A stretch of 64,000 bases of DNA from a virus, in IMG/VR virus record IMGVR_UViG_2558860454_000004; one strand, 5' to 3'. Positions within the stretch are counted from its first letter, which is position 1, and every line of letters starts with the position of its first letter. Positions 29,474-39,181 of the stretch are shown here, one piece after another. The notes under the pieces are model-generated. The model was given only the letters and a program-made list of their open reading frames with translations. It was not told where the DNA came from and did not search any database. Both the position numbers and the translations under genes were made by a program.

Positions 29474-30022
29474 ATGAAAATTAAACTGAACAACGTCCGC
29501 CTGGCCTTCCCTGCTCTGTTCGAAGCAAAAACTGTGAATGGTGAAGGCGACCCGCGCTTCTCAGCTGTTTTCCTGATGGATCCAAAGCACCCTCAGCTGG
29601 ACGAAGTCCGCAAAGCGCTGAAGCAGGTAGCGAAGGAAAAATGGGGTGAGAAGTGGGAAACCATTTACAACCAGCTGGAGAAAAAGCTCAATCTCTGCCT
29701 GCATGACGGTGACGAGAAAGCTGAATACGAAGGCTTCCCGGGTAACTTCTTCCTGAACGCAGCCAACAAAGCGCGTCCGGCAGTTCTTGACCGTGACCGC
29801 TCCCCCCTTATTCAGGCTGACGGGCGACCTTATGCAGGCTGCTATGTCAACGCAGTTATCGACATCTGGGCGCAGGACAACAACTTCGGCAAACGTATCA
29901 ACGCTTCGCTGGGCGGTGTTCAGTTCCTGCGCGATGGCGACGCCTTCGCTGGCGGAGGTGTGGCAAGCACTGACGACTTCGACGACATCAGCGAAGGTGC
30001 CGATGCCGACGCGTTGATTTAA
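29474..30022 (+). CDS. ssDNA-binding protein (DUF2815)
   Basis: NVRLAFP, YAGCYVN, GVQFLRDG, acidic C-terminus. Confidence 0.88.
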   Translation: MKIKLNNVRLAFPALFEAKTVNGEGDPRFSAVFLMDPKHPQLDEVRKALKQVAKEKWGEKWETIYNQLEKKLNLCLHDGDEKAEYEGFPGNFFLNAANKARPAVLDRDRSPLIQADGRPYAGCYVNAVIDIWAQDNNFGKRINASLGGVQFLRDGDAFAGGGVASTDDFDDISEGADADALI

Positions 30023-30112
30023 CCCTCCTTCATAGCCGCCCGGTTACACGCCGGGCGAAATCCAAAAAGCTATTGGAATTTTTACGGCTATTTGTTTTTA
30101 TAAGGGTATTAC

Positions 30113-31615
30113 ATGTCAACTTTGAGAATCGGTATGGAAATCCAAGAGTTTGTAAGCCACTACAAAAACCACCCTGTTCTATTCATTGGGACAGGATTTA
30201 GCCTACGATACCTAGAAAACTCATTTAGCTGGGATGGTCTTCTTTTGAGTGTCGCTATGGAACTAACCGGTAATGCTGAATTCTACTACGATTTGAAAGC
30301 TGAAAGCCTGGAAGGTGACGAGTACCGATACGATATCTTAGCTACAAAACTTGAAAGTGTTTTTAACAAAAAGCTGGCAGAAGATCGGAACGGTAAGTTC
30401 AAAGATATCAATGATGTTTTCTATGAGCACATGAAAAGGGGCAAAAAACTAAGTCGATTCAAAATTTATTTAACCTCCATACTTAAAGACCTAAAAATAA
30501 AAGAGTCAATGATGGAGGAAATAAATAGCTTAATAAAAACAAGAAAAAACATAGGCTCTATCATTACAACAAACTACGACCAACTCGTAGAGAATATCTT
30601 TGATTTTAATCCATTGATTGGCAACAACATTCTTTTAAGCAACCCGTACGGTTCAGTTTACAAAATACATGGCTGCGTTAGTGACCCTAACAACATAATT
30701 ATCACAGGGGAAGACTACGCAAACTTTGACAATAAGTATGAGTTAATTCGTGCTCAACTACTCTCAATATTCATACATAACCCTATCATATTCATAGGGT
30801 ATAGCATTAGCGATAAAAACATTAAGTACTTATTAAAAACAATATTCTCATACGTTGACTTAAATACCGAACTTGCCAAAAGAATCAAAGATAATTTTCT
30901 TTTGGTTGAATACGAAAAAGACAGCATGTCTACTGAAATTACGGAGCATGACATAGATATAGAAGGCATGTCTATTATAAGAATAAATAAAATAAAAACA
31001 AATAATTACAAAGCCGTATATAATGCCATCTCGGGACTGGTTTTACCAGTATCCGCAATGGACATAAGAAAGGTTCAAAAAGTTTGGAGTACCATTAAAA
31101 GCGGTGGTGAGATAAAGGTTAAAATTACAGAAAATTTAGATGAACTTCGTAATGATGAAATGGTCATTGCTGTTGGTTCAGAAAGAACAGTACAATATGT
31201 TTATCAAACAAAATCTGAAATGATACAGAACTATTTTAAAATAGTTGACGAAGCAAATTCTCAACTTATCGCACTACTGAATAAGCAAACCATAGCTAAT
31301 AGCGAACACTTTCCAATATACGCTTTTAGTTCTATCTGCCCTGAATTAGAAAATACCGAGACATACAGAAAACGGCAACTAGATAAAATCATTGATAACA
31401 TTTCTCGAATTAAAGCATGTAAGAGTGAGGCTGTGTCTATTGATGAAATACTAAAAGAGACAAAAGAGTATAAAGTTGCTAACACGATTATGTATTGCGT
31501 ACTAAACGACACCATTTCATTAAAACAACTACGAGACTATTTAACCACACCAGGGCATAAAATTGATACTCAATATAGGCGACTTTTATGCTTATATGAT
31601 TATTTATCATATTAA
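30113..31615 (+). CDS. SIR2-family (SIR2_2) protein, candidate NADase defence effector
   Basis: FIGTGFS, ITTNYD, YKIHG, FIGYSISD motifs; markedly AT-rich insert. Confidence 0.88.
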   Translation: MSTLRIGMEIQEFVSHYKNHPVLFIGTGFSLRYLENSFSWDGLLLSVAMELTGNAEFYYDLKAESLEGDEYRYDILATKLESVFNKKLAEDRNGKFKDINDVFYEHMKRGKKLSRFKIYLTSILKDLKIKESMMEEINSLIKTRKNIGSIITTNYDQLVENIFDFNPLIGNNILLSNPYGSVYKIHGCVSDPNNIIITGEDYANFDNKYELIRAQLLSIFIHNPIIFIGYSISDKNIKYLLKTIFSYVDLNTELAKRIKDNFLLVEYEKDSMSTEITEHDIDIEGMSIIRINKIKTNNYKAVYNAISGLVLPVSAMDIRKVQKVWSTIKSGGEIKVKITENLDELRNDEMVIAVGSERTVQYVYQTKSEMIQNYFKIVDEANSQLIALLNKQTIANSEHFPIYAFSSICPELENTETYRKRQLDKIIDNISRIKACKSEAVSIDEILKETKEYKVANTIMYCVLNDTISLKQLRDYLTTPGHKIDTQYRRLLCLYDYLSY

Positions 31616-31636
31616 TCGCTCTTAACTTCGGTTATG

Positions 31637-31662
31637 AAAGCCGCCATTTTTGGCGGTTTTTT
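31637..31662 (+). terminator. Intrinsic terminator after Sir2 gene
   Basis: CCGCCA-TTTT-TGGCGG followed by TTTTTT. Confidence 0.75.
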
Positions 31663-31691
31663 ATTTATTAAATCCAAATGGTTCTTACTTG

Positions 31692-33752
31692 ATGCAAAAA
31701 CTTTGGTTAGACCTCGAAACTTTCAGCGAAATCCCAATAAAAAACGGCATCCATGTCTATGCCGAAGGTGTCGAGATCATGTTATTCGCATGGGCAATCG
31801 ACGAAGGCCCCGTCAACGTACACGATTTAACCGCCGACTATAACTTGCCGACACGACTACTGACTGCCCTCAGCGATGAGAGCGTACTAATATACGCACA
31901 CAACAGCCATTTCGACCGTACCGTTCTGCGCCACGCTCACCCTCGGCTGGCACCCGATGTTACCCGCTGGCGCGACACGATGGTGCAGGCGCTGGCGCAC
32001 GGACTCCCCGGCGCACTGGGAGGGCTCTGCGAAGTACTGGGCGTTCCGCAGGACAAGGCGAAGGATAAAGAGGGTAAAGCGCTGATCCAGCTTTTCTGTA
32101 AGCCACGTCCGAAGAACAGCAAACTGCACCGGGCCACCAGCAAAACGCACCCGGAGGAATGGCGGCGCTTTATTGCTTATGCTGGCCTTGATATCGAAGC
32201 CATGCGCGAAGTCTATAAACGGCTGCCGAAATGGAACTATCAGGGGACCGAGCTGGCGCTCTGGCATCGTGACCAGCAGATCAATGACCGCGGCGTCTGC
32301 ATGGATGTGCAGCTCGCGCAGGCAGCAATCGAAGCTGTAGACCTGGAACAAAAGCGCCTTGCGAAGCGCACGCAGGTGATGACCGACGGCGAAGTGCAGG
32401 CGGCGACGCAGCGCGATGCCATGCTCAAACACATTGTAGAATCCTACGGCGTGGAGCTGCCGGACATGCAGCGCAGCACGCTGGAACGCCGTATGGCGGA
32501 TCCTGATTTTCCGTCGGCGGTGAAAGAGCTGCTGGCTATCCGCCTGCAGGCCAGCACCACCAGCACCAGTAAGTACAAATCACTGATGAAGGGTGTGAGC
32601 AGTGACGGGCGTCTGCGTGGCACACTGCAGTTCTGCGGCGCATCGCGAACCGGGCGCTGGGCCGGGCGATTATTCCAGCCGCAGAACCTGCCCCGCCCTT
32701 CTCTTGAGCAGGAGCAGATAGACGAGGGCATCGAAGCGCTGAAAGCCGGATGCGCCGATCTGCTGTTCGATAACATCATGGAGCTGACCAGCTCGGCGCT
32801 GCGCGGCTGCATTATGGCGCCCGAAGGTAAAAAACTGGTGGTTAGCGACCTGTCGAACATCGAAGGGCGCAAGCTGGCCTGGCTTGCCGGTGAGCAGTGG
32901 AAACTGGACGCGTTCAGGGAGTACGACGAGGGGACCGGCCACGACCTCTATAAACTGGCCTACGCCCGCGCCTTCAACATCTCGCCGGATGATGTCGACA
33001 AATACCAGCGTCAGATCGGCAAGGTGATGGAGCTCGGCCTCGGCTTCGGCGGTGGCGTTGCGGCGTTCTTGACCTTCGCCCTGGTCTATGGCCTTGACCT
33101 CGACGAACTGGCGAACGCCGCGCTGCCGAACATCCCCCGCGATGTTATCCGCGAGGCGAAAAGCTGGTACGACGAATCGGTTAAACGCAAGTCGACCTAT
33201 GGCCTGTCAGAGCGTGTTTTCATCGCCTGTGACTCGCTTAAACGTCTCTGGCGCAGAGCGCACCCGGCAACCTGCGATTTCTGGTACGAGCTCGAGCGCA
33301 CCGTCCGCGCCGCAATAGCCACACCGCAAAAAACGCTGTACTGCGGTTATCTGAAAATCCGCCGCGATGGCGCATGGCTGCGCATACAGCTGCCATCTGG
33401 GCGAGCACTCTGCTACCCGTCCCCGTCCATCGAGAAGGGGAATATCACCTATCAGGGCATTAACTCCTACTCGCGCAAATGGCAGCGGCTCAAAACCTAC
33501 GGCGGAAAGCTGGTGGAAAACGTCACACAGGCGGCCGCCCGTGATGTTCTGGCCGGAAACATGCCGCTGATCGAGGACGCCGGTTACAGCATTGTGCTGA
33601 CGGTACACGACGAAGTTATTTGCGAAGCACCGGACACCGACGATTTTAACGATGAAGCGCTTTCTGCACTGCTCTCCACTAACCCCGAATGGGCGCCCGA
33701 TATCCCACTGAACGCTGGCGGCTTTGAGGCGTACCACTACCGTAAGGACTAA
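31692..33752 (+). CDS. Family A DNA polymerase with 3'-5' exonuclease
   Basis: DLET Exo[10 protein letters not shown] motif [15 protein letters not shown] motif B, VHDE motif C; start set at MQKLWLD. Confidence 0.93.
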   Translation: MQKLWLDLETFSEIPIKNGIHVYAEGVEIMLFAWAIDEGPVNVHDLTADYNLPTRLLTALSDESVLIYAHNSHFDRTVLRHAHPRLAPDVTRWRDTMVQALAHGLPGALGGLCEVLGVPQDKAKDKEGKALIQLFCKPRPKNSKLHRATSKTHPEEWRRFIAYAGLDIEAMREVYKRLPKWNYQGTELALWHRDQQINDRGVCMDVQLAQAAIEAVDLEQKRLAKRTQVMTDGEVQAATQRDAMLKHIVESYGVELPDMQRSTLERRMADPDFPSAVKELLAIRLQASTTSTSKYKSLMKGVSSDGRLRGTLQFCGASRTGRWAGRLFQPQNLPRPSLEQEQIDEGIEALKAGCADLLFDNIMELTSSALRGCIMAPEGKKLVVSDLSNIEGRKLAWLAGEQWKLDAFREYDEGTGHDLYKLAYARAFNISPDDVDKYQRQIGKVMELGLGFGGGVAAFLTFALVYGLDLDELANAALPNIPRDVIREAKSWYDESVKRKSTYGLSERVFIACDSLKRLWRRAHPATCDFWYELERTVRAAIATPQKTLYCGYLKIRRDGAWLRIQLPSGRALCYPSPSIEKGNITYQGINSYSRKWQRLKTYGGKLVENVTQAAARDVLAGNMPLIEDAGYSIVLTVHDEVICEAPDTDDFNDEALSALLSTNPEWAPDIPLNAGGFEAYHYRKD

Positions 33753-33757
33753 TCGCT

Positions 33758-33970
33758 ATGGCACAAGGCAACGTAGAAAATTTCGCAATCATTGTGTTAG
33801 TCAACGGCCGCACATCACAGGTCGAACTAACCACATCGCAAAAACGTTTGTTCGCAAAATTAACACTCGGCGCGCTAAAAGATAGCGGCACACTGAAACT
33901 TATGCCAATCGACGACATGGTCCAGTTACAACCCGACACCGAAGCATTTTCAGACGGAGGTCCGCTATGA
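33758..33970 (+). CDS. Hypothetical protein
   Basis: 70 aa, stop overlaps next start (ATGA). Confidence 0.55.
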   Translation: MAQGNVENFAIIVLVNGRTSQVELTTSQKRLFAKLTLGALKDSGTLKLMPIDDMVQLQPDTEAFSDGGPL

Positions 33971-34170
33971 AATACATTTTTATGGTCATGGACAGTCGAG
34001 CGCAGCTCGATATAGATAGCGCCGCAATCCTGGAATGCTGCGGCGATAAACAACCTTCATGGCGCACCCTGCGCAGAGACTGGGGCGATCAGGGCGCAGT
34101 TCTGGTCCGCTTCCGTCTGGTTAACAGCGATATGGCTACCGACCCCGAGGTTGTCGGCACCATCAACTGA
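33967..34170 (+). CDS. Hypothetical protein
   Basis: 67 aa, coupled within early operon. Confidence 0.55.
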   Translation: MKYIFMVMDSRAQLDIDSAAILECCGDKQPSWRTLRRDWGDQGAVLVRFRLVNSDMATDPEVVGTIN

Positions 34171-34180
34171 GGTATCCCCT

Positions 34181-34393
34181 ATGTCATTCGAAAAACACGA
34201 CAGCCCATTGTATTTCCGGTCTGCAAGAGAGGCTATGCGCCTTGAGCAGGCTGGCGAGTACGACCGGGCGGCAAAGGTATGGGCGAAAGCGAATCGGGAA
34301 TCACGCAACCCGGCAAACCAGCAGTGGAGCGATAACCGCGCTGACTTCTGCATCATGCAAAACATCCGCAGCAAGCGAACGGAGGCTGTATAA
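34181..34393 (+). CDS. PerC/ANR-like small regulator
   Basis: A..LEQAG.Y.RAA.VW.KA...N..W...RA.FC pattern; GAGGT SD. Confidence 0.65.
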   Translation: MSFEKHDSPLYFRSAREAMRLEQAGEYDRAAKVWAKANRESRNPANQQWSDNRADFCIMQNIRSKRTEAV

Positions 34394-34582
34394 ATGTGGA
34401 TTCTCATTTTTTGGATGTCGTCGCCGTTCTCAATCACCCAGAGTGATGCAGCGCAACCAACTCTGCAAGTACAAACACAGGAATTTACCAAAGAGCAATC
34501 CTGCAAAGATGCTTTCTCAGCTATCAAAAAACTCAATGACGGCGACCTTAAGCTGCGTGGCGTTTGCGTACCAAAGGACTAA
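34394..34582 (+). CDS. Hypothetical protein
   Basis: 62 aa; QEFT....C and C-terminal CVPK. Confidence 0.55.
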   Translation: MWILIFWMSSPFSITQSDAAQPTLQVQTQEFTKEQSCKDAFSAIKKLNDGDLKLRGVCVPKD

Positions 34583-34584
34583 AG

Positions 34585-34854
34585 ATGGCCTACGAACGTG
34601 AAAGCATTATCGAAAAGCACCTCGTCGCCGAAGTGAAAAAAGCTGGCGGTGAGGCTTATAAGTTTATATCGCCCGGTCACCGTTCAGTACCTGATCGCAT
34701 TGTTCTGCTACCCGGCGGTCGCATCGTCTTTGTCGAATGCAAAGCACCCGGCAAACCACCACGCGCCGACCAGCTGCGCGAGCATGAACGGCTGCGTGCG
34801 CTGGGCTTTACCGTGGTGGTGCTGGCCAGCAAAAATCTGGAGGGGATATTGTGA
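34585..34854 (+). CDS. VRR-NUC nuclease
   Basis: SVPDRIVLLPGG...FVECKAPG. Confidence 0.88.
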   Translation: MAYERESIIEKHLVAEVKKAGGEAYKFISPGHRSVPDRIVLLPGGRIVFVECKAPGKPPRADQLREHERLRALGFTVVVLASKNLEGIL

Positions 34855-34868
34855 CGCTATCTCTCCTC

Positions 34869-35567
34869 CTAGCTCCTCTTGGATATAGTTGCGTTTAAAA
34901 AGCATACTTTTAGCTGCTGTGTTTCATTTGTACTTACGGGAATGAGTCTGCCCTCAACTCCATCCACACTCATATACTCTGCATTATTTTTTCTACAACT
35001 CCCTAAAACAAACTTGCCATTATAACTTTCAATAACGTATGCGTTGTATTTTTTTGAATAAAATAATGGCTCATCTGATATATACGCCCACGTCCACCCA
35101 AGCACCGAAGGAAGCAATGCTAAGGAGAGTAAAAGCAGACCCCCGTGAGTTTTATTTTTTATCTTATATTCATTTCTAATGAAGACAGATATAGACCTTA
35201 CAGCTATAGGACTAAAAAAGCCTAGTAGTAATGCCTGTGTAACCACACTTCTTTTAGCATGCTCATAAAGATAAGTACTTCCATACGCATATAGCGTCCA
35301 GTAGGAAAGCAAAGAGGCACAGGCGAAGATAAATAAACATGCCCGCAACGGGACATTTTCCTCTTCGGTATCGATATGCAACAAAGCAACTAAAGCGAAG
35401 AGAATACCTAATGCAATAACAGAAAATTTAACTATATCCCCTACCCCAATAGAAATAAAACTCACAGGGAAACCATAAAATGCACTGTACCCCCTATAAA
35501 AAGAGAACGTCATAAAATATAGAGTGGCTAACAGAACCGTTGTGATTGATAAATCTTTTACATTCAT
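34869..35567 (-). CDS. Antisense moron, multi-pass membrane protein
   Basis: 232 aa, about six hydrophobic segments, AT-rich, inserted between VRR-NUC and SNF2 genes. Confidence 0.8.
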   Translation of the reverse strand: MNVKDLSITTVLLATLYFMTFSFYRGYSAFYGFPVSFISIGVGDIVKFSVIALGILFALVALLHIDTEEENVPLRACLFIFACASLLSYWTLYAYGSTYLYEHAKRSVVTQALLLGFFSPIAVRSISVFIRNEYKIKNKTHGGLLLLSLALLPSVLGWTWAYISDEPLFYSKKYNAYVIESYNGKFVLGSCRKNNAEYMSVDGVEGRLIPVSTNETQQLKVCFLNATISKRS

Positions 35568-35605
35568 GATGTTCAGAAGCGCCTTTCTAATACGGAATTA
35601 TAACC

Positions 35606-36997
35606 ATGATAACTTTTAAACCGCGGCCGTACCAAGACCTCATTATCAATCATGAAATCGATATTCTGCGCTGCAACATCTGGGCTGGTATGGGGATGGG
35701 CAAAAGTGTGGCGACACTTACCGCACTGGAAGACCTCTTCATGGCAGGAGCGGAGACACAGCCCGCGCTGGTACTCGCACCGCTGCGCGTGGCCGCCAGT
35801 ACCTGGCCGGATGAAGCGGTGAAATGGGGACATCTGCGCAATATCGAGGTGCAGCCAATTGTCGGTAATGCCAAAGCGCGCGCTGCGGCGCTGGCGAACA
35901 GCAACGCGAGCGTGTTTACCATCAACTACGACAATCTGGTCTGGCTGGTTGAAACGCTGGGCGACGGCTGGCCGTTCGGTACCGTGATTGCAGATGAAAG
36001 CACCAGGCTGAAATCCTTCCGGCTGCGCGGCGGTGGTAAGCGCGCGGCGGCGCTGGGCAAAGTGGCACATAAGCACGTCCGGCGCTGGATGAACCTCACC
36101 GGTACGCCAGCGCCTAACGGCCTGGTGGATTTGTGGGGGCAAGCGTGGTTTGTGGATCAGGGGCAGCGCCTCGGACGCACTTACGGTGCGTTCACCTCCC
36201 GCTGGTTCAACTCAATTCAGTTTCCGGGGCAGAGCTGGACGAAGCTGGAGCCGTTCGCACACTCGCAGGACGAAATACAGCGCGCACTGGCCGACGTGAC
36301 TATCTCCCTTGATGCCGCCGACTGGTTCGATATCAAAGATCCCATCCATAACGTGATCCGCGTGGATATGCCGCCGAAGGCAAGCCAGCAGTATCGCGAA
36401 ATGGAAAAGGAAATGTTCCTTGAGCTAAACGGCGAGGGCATCGAAGCGCCAAACGCCGCGGCAAAGACCGTGAAGTGTCTGCAAATTGCCAGCGGTGCGG
36501 TATATACCGACGACGCCGGAAGCTGGTCAGAACTGCATGACGCGAAGCTGCAGGCGCTGGACAGCATACTGACGGAAGCAGCTGGTGCGCCGGTGCTGGT
36601 GGCCTACCACTGGAAACACGACCTTGAACGTTTGCTTAAAGCATTCCCTCGCGGCCGCCACCTCGACCAGGGTCCACAGACCCTTCGCGACTGGAACGCC
36701 GGAAAGATACCGGTCCTGTTCGCGCACCCGGCAAGCGCAGGCCACGGCCTGAATATGCAGGATGGCGGCAACATACTGGTGTTTTTCTCGCACTGGTGGG
36801 ATCTGGAGCAGTACCAGCAAATTATCGAACGCATCGGGCCAACCCGGCAGATTCAGGCCGGACACAACCGCCCAGTGTTCATTCACCACATTATCACCGC
36901 CGACACTATGGACGAAATGGTGATGGAGCGACGTAACTCAAAACGAACAGTGCAGGACATCCTGCTCGATGCCATGAAAAAGAGAGGTATAGCATGA
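35606..36997 (+). CDS. SNF2-family helicase
   Basis: GMGMGKS, ADES, LTGTP, HGLNMQ, ERIG motifs. Confidence 0.9.
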   Translation: MITFKPRPYQDLIINHEIDILRCNIWAGMGMGKSVATLTALEDLFMAGAETQPALVLAPLRVAASTWPDEAVKWGHLRNIEVQPIVGNAKARAAALANSNASVFTINYDNLVWLVETLGDGWPFGTVIADESTRLKSFRLRGGGKRAAALGKVAHKHVRRWMNLTGTPAPNGLVDLWGQAWFVDQGQRLGRTYGAFTSRWFNSIQFPGQSWTKLEPFAHSQDEIQRALADVTISLDAADWFDIKDPIHNVIRVDMPPKASQQYREMEKEMFLELNGEGIEAPNAAAKTVKCLQIASGAVYTDDAGSWSELHDAKLQALDSILTEAAGAPVLVAYHWKHDLERLLKAFPRGRHLDQGPQTLRDWNAGKIPVLFAHPASAGHGLNMQDGGNILVFFSHWWDLEQYQQIIERIGPTRQIQAGHNRPVFIHHIITADTMDEMVMERRNSKRTVQDILLDAMKKRGIA

Positions 36998-37182
36998 CAC
37001 CGGTTATCTCTGATACTGACCTGATTAACATCAAAGAGGTTGAGCGCTCTGTTGGCCTGAAAAAATCCAGCATTTATGAGCGCATCAGTAATAACGAGTT
37101 TCCGAAGCCCAAGAAGCTCGGGAGCCGGACCTCCCGCTGGGTACGCGGCGAGGTTGAAGAGTGGAAAAAGCAGTTTTTATAA
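36994..37182 (+). CDS. AlpA-family excisionase
   Basis: 62 aa; GLKKSSIY...FPKP.KLG.R.SRW. Confidence 0.85.
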   Translation: MTPVISDTDLINIKEVERSVGLKKSSIYERISNNEFPKPKKLGSRTSRWVRGEVEEWKKQFL

Positions 37183-37188
37183 TTCCTA

Positions 37189-37656
37189 TTATTTTTTTAT
37201 CCGTTGAACTTTGTCAGATAATTTTTCAATTGCTTTCACGATGCTTTCACTTTCAAGGAGTAAAAAGTGTTTGCATGAAATAAGCTTTCGTTGCATTACG
37301 ATAAGTTCCTTTTCAGGAAGTTTTTCTACGGAATTTTTATCAATACAAAGTGTCTTTCGGTATTCATCCAACAGTTTTGAGGCCAAACCACCTAATGTTT
37401 CAGCCTCTTGCTTGAACTCTAAATCGATTTTAGAATTTTCCTTATAAAATTCCGAGTTTCCCGAAATTAAAGATTCAGCCCTTAGCTTTATGGTAAGTAA
37501 TCGGCTCTCTAATTCGTGATAAGTACTTAAGACTTCAAGTCTTAATAAGTTAATAGACCTGAACTCCGCCTTTTTGTTAGCTCGCCAAGCATTGAATAAA
37601 CTAAGCGCCGATACTAATAACGCAAATATAGAAATTGCAAAACTATATTTATTCAT
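37189..37656 (-). CDS. Integrase-coupled cargo protein (N-terminal TM plus coiled coil)
   Basis: ATG directly follows integrase TAA; AT-rich; ISIFALLVSALSLF helix. Confidence 0.75.
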   Translation of the reverse strand: MNKYSFAISIFALLVSALSLFNAWRANKKAEFRSINLLRLEVLSTYHELESRLLTIKLRAESLISGNSEFYKENSKIDLEFKQEAETLGGLASKLLDEYRKTLCIDKNSVEKLPEKELIVMQRKLISCKHFLLLESESIVKAIEKLSDKVQRIKK

Positions 37657-38829
37657 TTAAATCAACCTCAGTTGATCAATAAAATCCGCATACCATTGCA
37701 TCATTCCCCGACGCCCTTCCATATAGAGGGCATGGTTATAAACCCCGCGAATATTATTCTTGTCCACATGAGCGATTTGGAGTTCAACCCAGTCAGAGTT
37801 GAATCCTCTATCGTTCAGTATGGTGCTAAACGTATGCCGGAAGCCATGCCCTACAACCCTTCCCTTATACCCCAGCGTGTGGATCATCCTGTTTATTGTG
37901 TTCTCGCTCATGACCTTTGACGGGTCATTCCTGCCGGGGAACATATTCACGAATCGACCTGTAAGACCGTGCAACTCTTTCAGCAAGACAACAAGCTGAT
38001 CGGAGAGCGGTACCAGGTGCGGGCGATCCATCTTCATAAATTCGGCGGGTATCTCCCATAGCCGATTATCGAAATCTACCCATTCCCATTTTGAGTGCCG
38101 CAGTTCGTAGGTACGCAGCCCCGCCAGCATCATGATCTGCAAACCCAGCCGGGGAAGCGGACTCCCCTTGTAACCCTCAAGCGCCGCCAGAAAATCGGGT
38201 AGCTCTTCCGCTGTCAGGAACTGGAAGGATTCACCTTTATGGCCGGTCATTGCGCTATTCAGTTCGCTGACGGGGTTGTACTTCGCGCGCCCGGTCGCAA
38301 CAGCATAACTGAATACCTCGCCGCACCATCGGCGCGTTTTAGCTGCTTTCTCAGTTGCGCCGCGATTCTCAATTTTACGCAGCGCCGTCAGCATCTGGAC
38401 GGGCTCAATCTCAGCAACCGGTAACTTACCAACCGCCGGAAAAATATCCTTATTGAATGCTTCGAGAATGTCAGAGGCATAGCCAGGCGACCAGCGCGGC
38501 TTCTTAAACTCATGCCACTCGATGGCAATATCTTTAAAGGTAATAGAGTTTGCTGCGGCAGCTGCAACGTGGCTTTTGACCTTTACCGGATCCACACCAG
38601 CTGCAACATTTCGCCGGGCTTCATCTCGCTTTTCGCGAGCCGCGGCCAGTGAAACAGCCGGGTATACACCGAGCGCCAGCATCTTTTCTCTACCGGCGAA
38701 GGTATAGCGATATCGCCAGTATTTCGCTCCACTGGTTTTCACCAGCAGAATAAGCCCGTTACCGTCTGGCAGTTTGTAGTCTTTCTCGCCTGGCTTTGCC
38801 GTCTCGACCTGTCGCGCATTTAGTTTCAT
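37657..38829 (-). CDS. int: P4-family tyrosine integrase
   Basis: Arm-binding N-terminus (DGNGL.L.V...G.KYWRYRY), LRTYEL, HGFRHT, VYNHA; start set at MKLNARQV. Confidence 0.93.
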   Translation of the reverse strand: MKLNARQVETAKPGEKDYKLPDGNGLILLVKTSGAKYWRYRYTFAGREKMLALGVYPAVSLAAAREKRDEARRNVAAGVDPVKVKSHVAAAAANSITFKDIAIEWHEFKKPRWSPGYASDILEAFNKDIFPAVGKLPVAEIEPVQMLTALRKIENRGATEKAAKTRRWCGEVFSYAVATGRAKYNPVSELNSAMTGHKGESFQFLTAEELPDFLAALEGYKGSPLPRLGLQIMMLAGLRTYELRHSKWEWVDFDNRLWEIPAEFMKMDRPHLVPLSDQLVVLLKELHGLTGRFVNMFPGRNDPSKVMSENTINRMIHTLGYKGRVVGHGFRHTFSTILNDRGFNSDWVELQIAHVDKNNIRGVYNHALYMEGRRGMMQWYADFIDQLRLI

Positions 38830-38832
38830 AGG

Positions 38833-38869
38833 TACCCGCCTCAAACTCAGATACCCGTCTATGTACCCG
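38833..38869. repeat. Putative arm-type sites of left-prophage integrase
   Basis: Three direct TACCCG repeats (38833, 38852, 38864) upstream of int. Confidence 0.55.
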
Positions 38870-38982
38870 TTTTAAATTTGGATTGCAACGGTAAAAAGTG
38901 GATAACACTGGACAAACAGAACGGTCAACCACAAGAAAAACAAGAAAAAATGGAAAGTTGGGGATGATACTGGAGGAAAAAA

Positions 38983-39028
38983 TGGTGCCGATAATAGGAG
39001 TCGAACCTACGACCTTCGCATTACGAAT
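38983..39028 (-). repeat. thrW: 46-bp att core = 3' half of tRNA-Thr thrW (not an intact tRNA); junction of the two prophages
   Basis: Minus strand ATTCGTAATGCGAAGGTCGTAGGTTCGACTCCTATTATCGGCACCA; 5' half of the tRNA replaced by phage sequence. Confidence 0.95.
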
Positions 39029-39153
39029 TATAAGAACTACCTTTTAAGTCAACAACATACCGCGTCATACCTGCGCTCACACGTCCCATCTTCGAAAAAC
39101 ATGCAAAGCCTTGCAAGCCGATGCAAAGCTTTGTGTGTCCCGTTTTTGTCCCA
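39029..39153. promoter_or_regulatory. P22-type attP arm
   Basis: GTCCC repeats (minus strand TGGGACAAAAACGGGACAC), three TGCAA(A)GC repeats, IHF-like AAGTCAACAACATA. Confidence 0.6.
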
Positions 39154-39181
39154 AACCACTTAGCAATCAGCAATAAAAATT

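Larger units (their letters stand above)
1..39028 (-). mobile_element. Left prophage: contractile-tail temperate phage with PolA/primase replication module and P4-family integrase; truncated by the window at left
   Basis: Continuous int-xis-replication-cI/cro-primase-Q-lysis-head-tail gene order starting at the tRNA-Thr 3' end; no stop codon or frameshift seen in core genes. Confidence 0.93.

Noticed and set aside
30113-31615. Thoeris, Sir2-HerA, SPARSA or DSR call
   Set aside because: No partner gene is adjacent, and 500 aa is far shorter than the DSR proteins I know; left as unassigned Sir2
38983-39060. Intact tRNA-Thr gene
   Set aside because: Only the 3' 46 nt are present; the D-arm and 5' acceptor strand are replaced by phage att arm sequence
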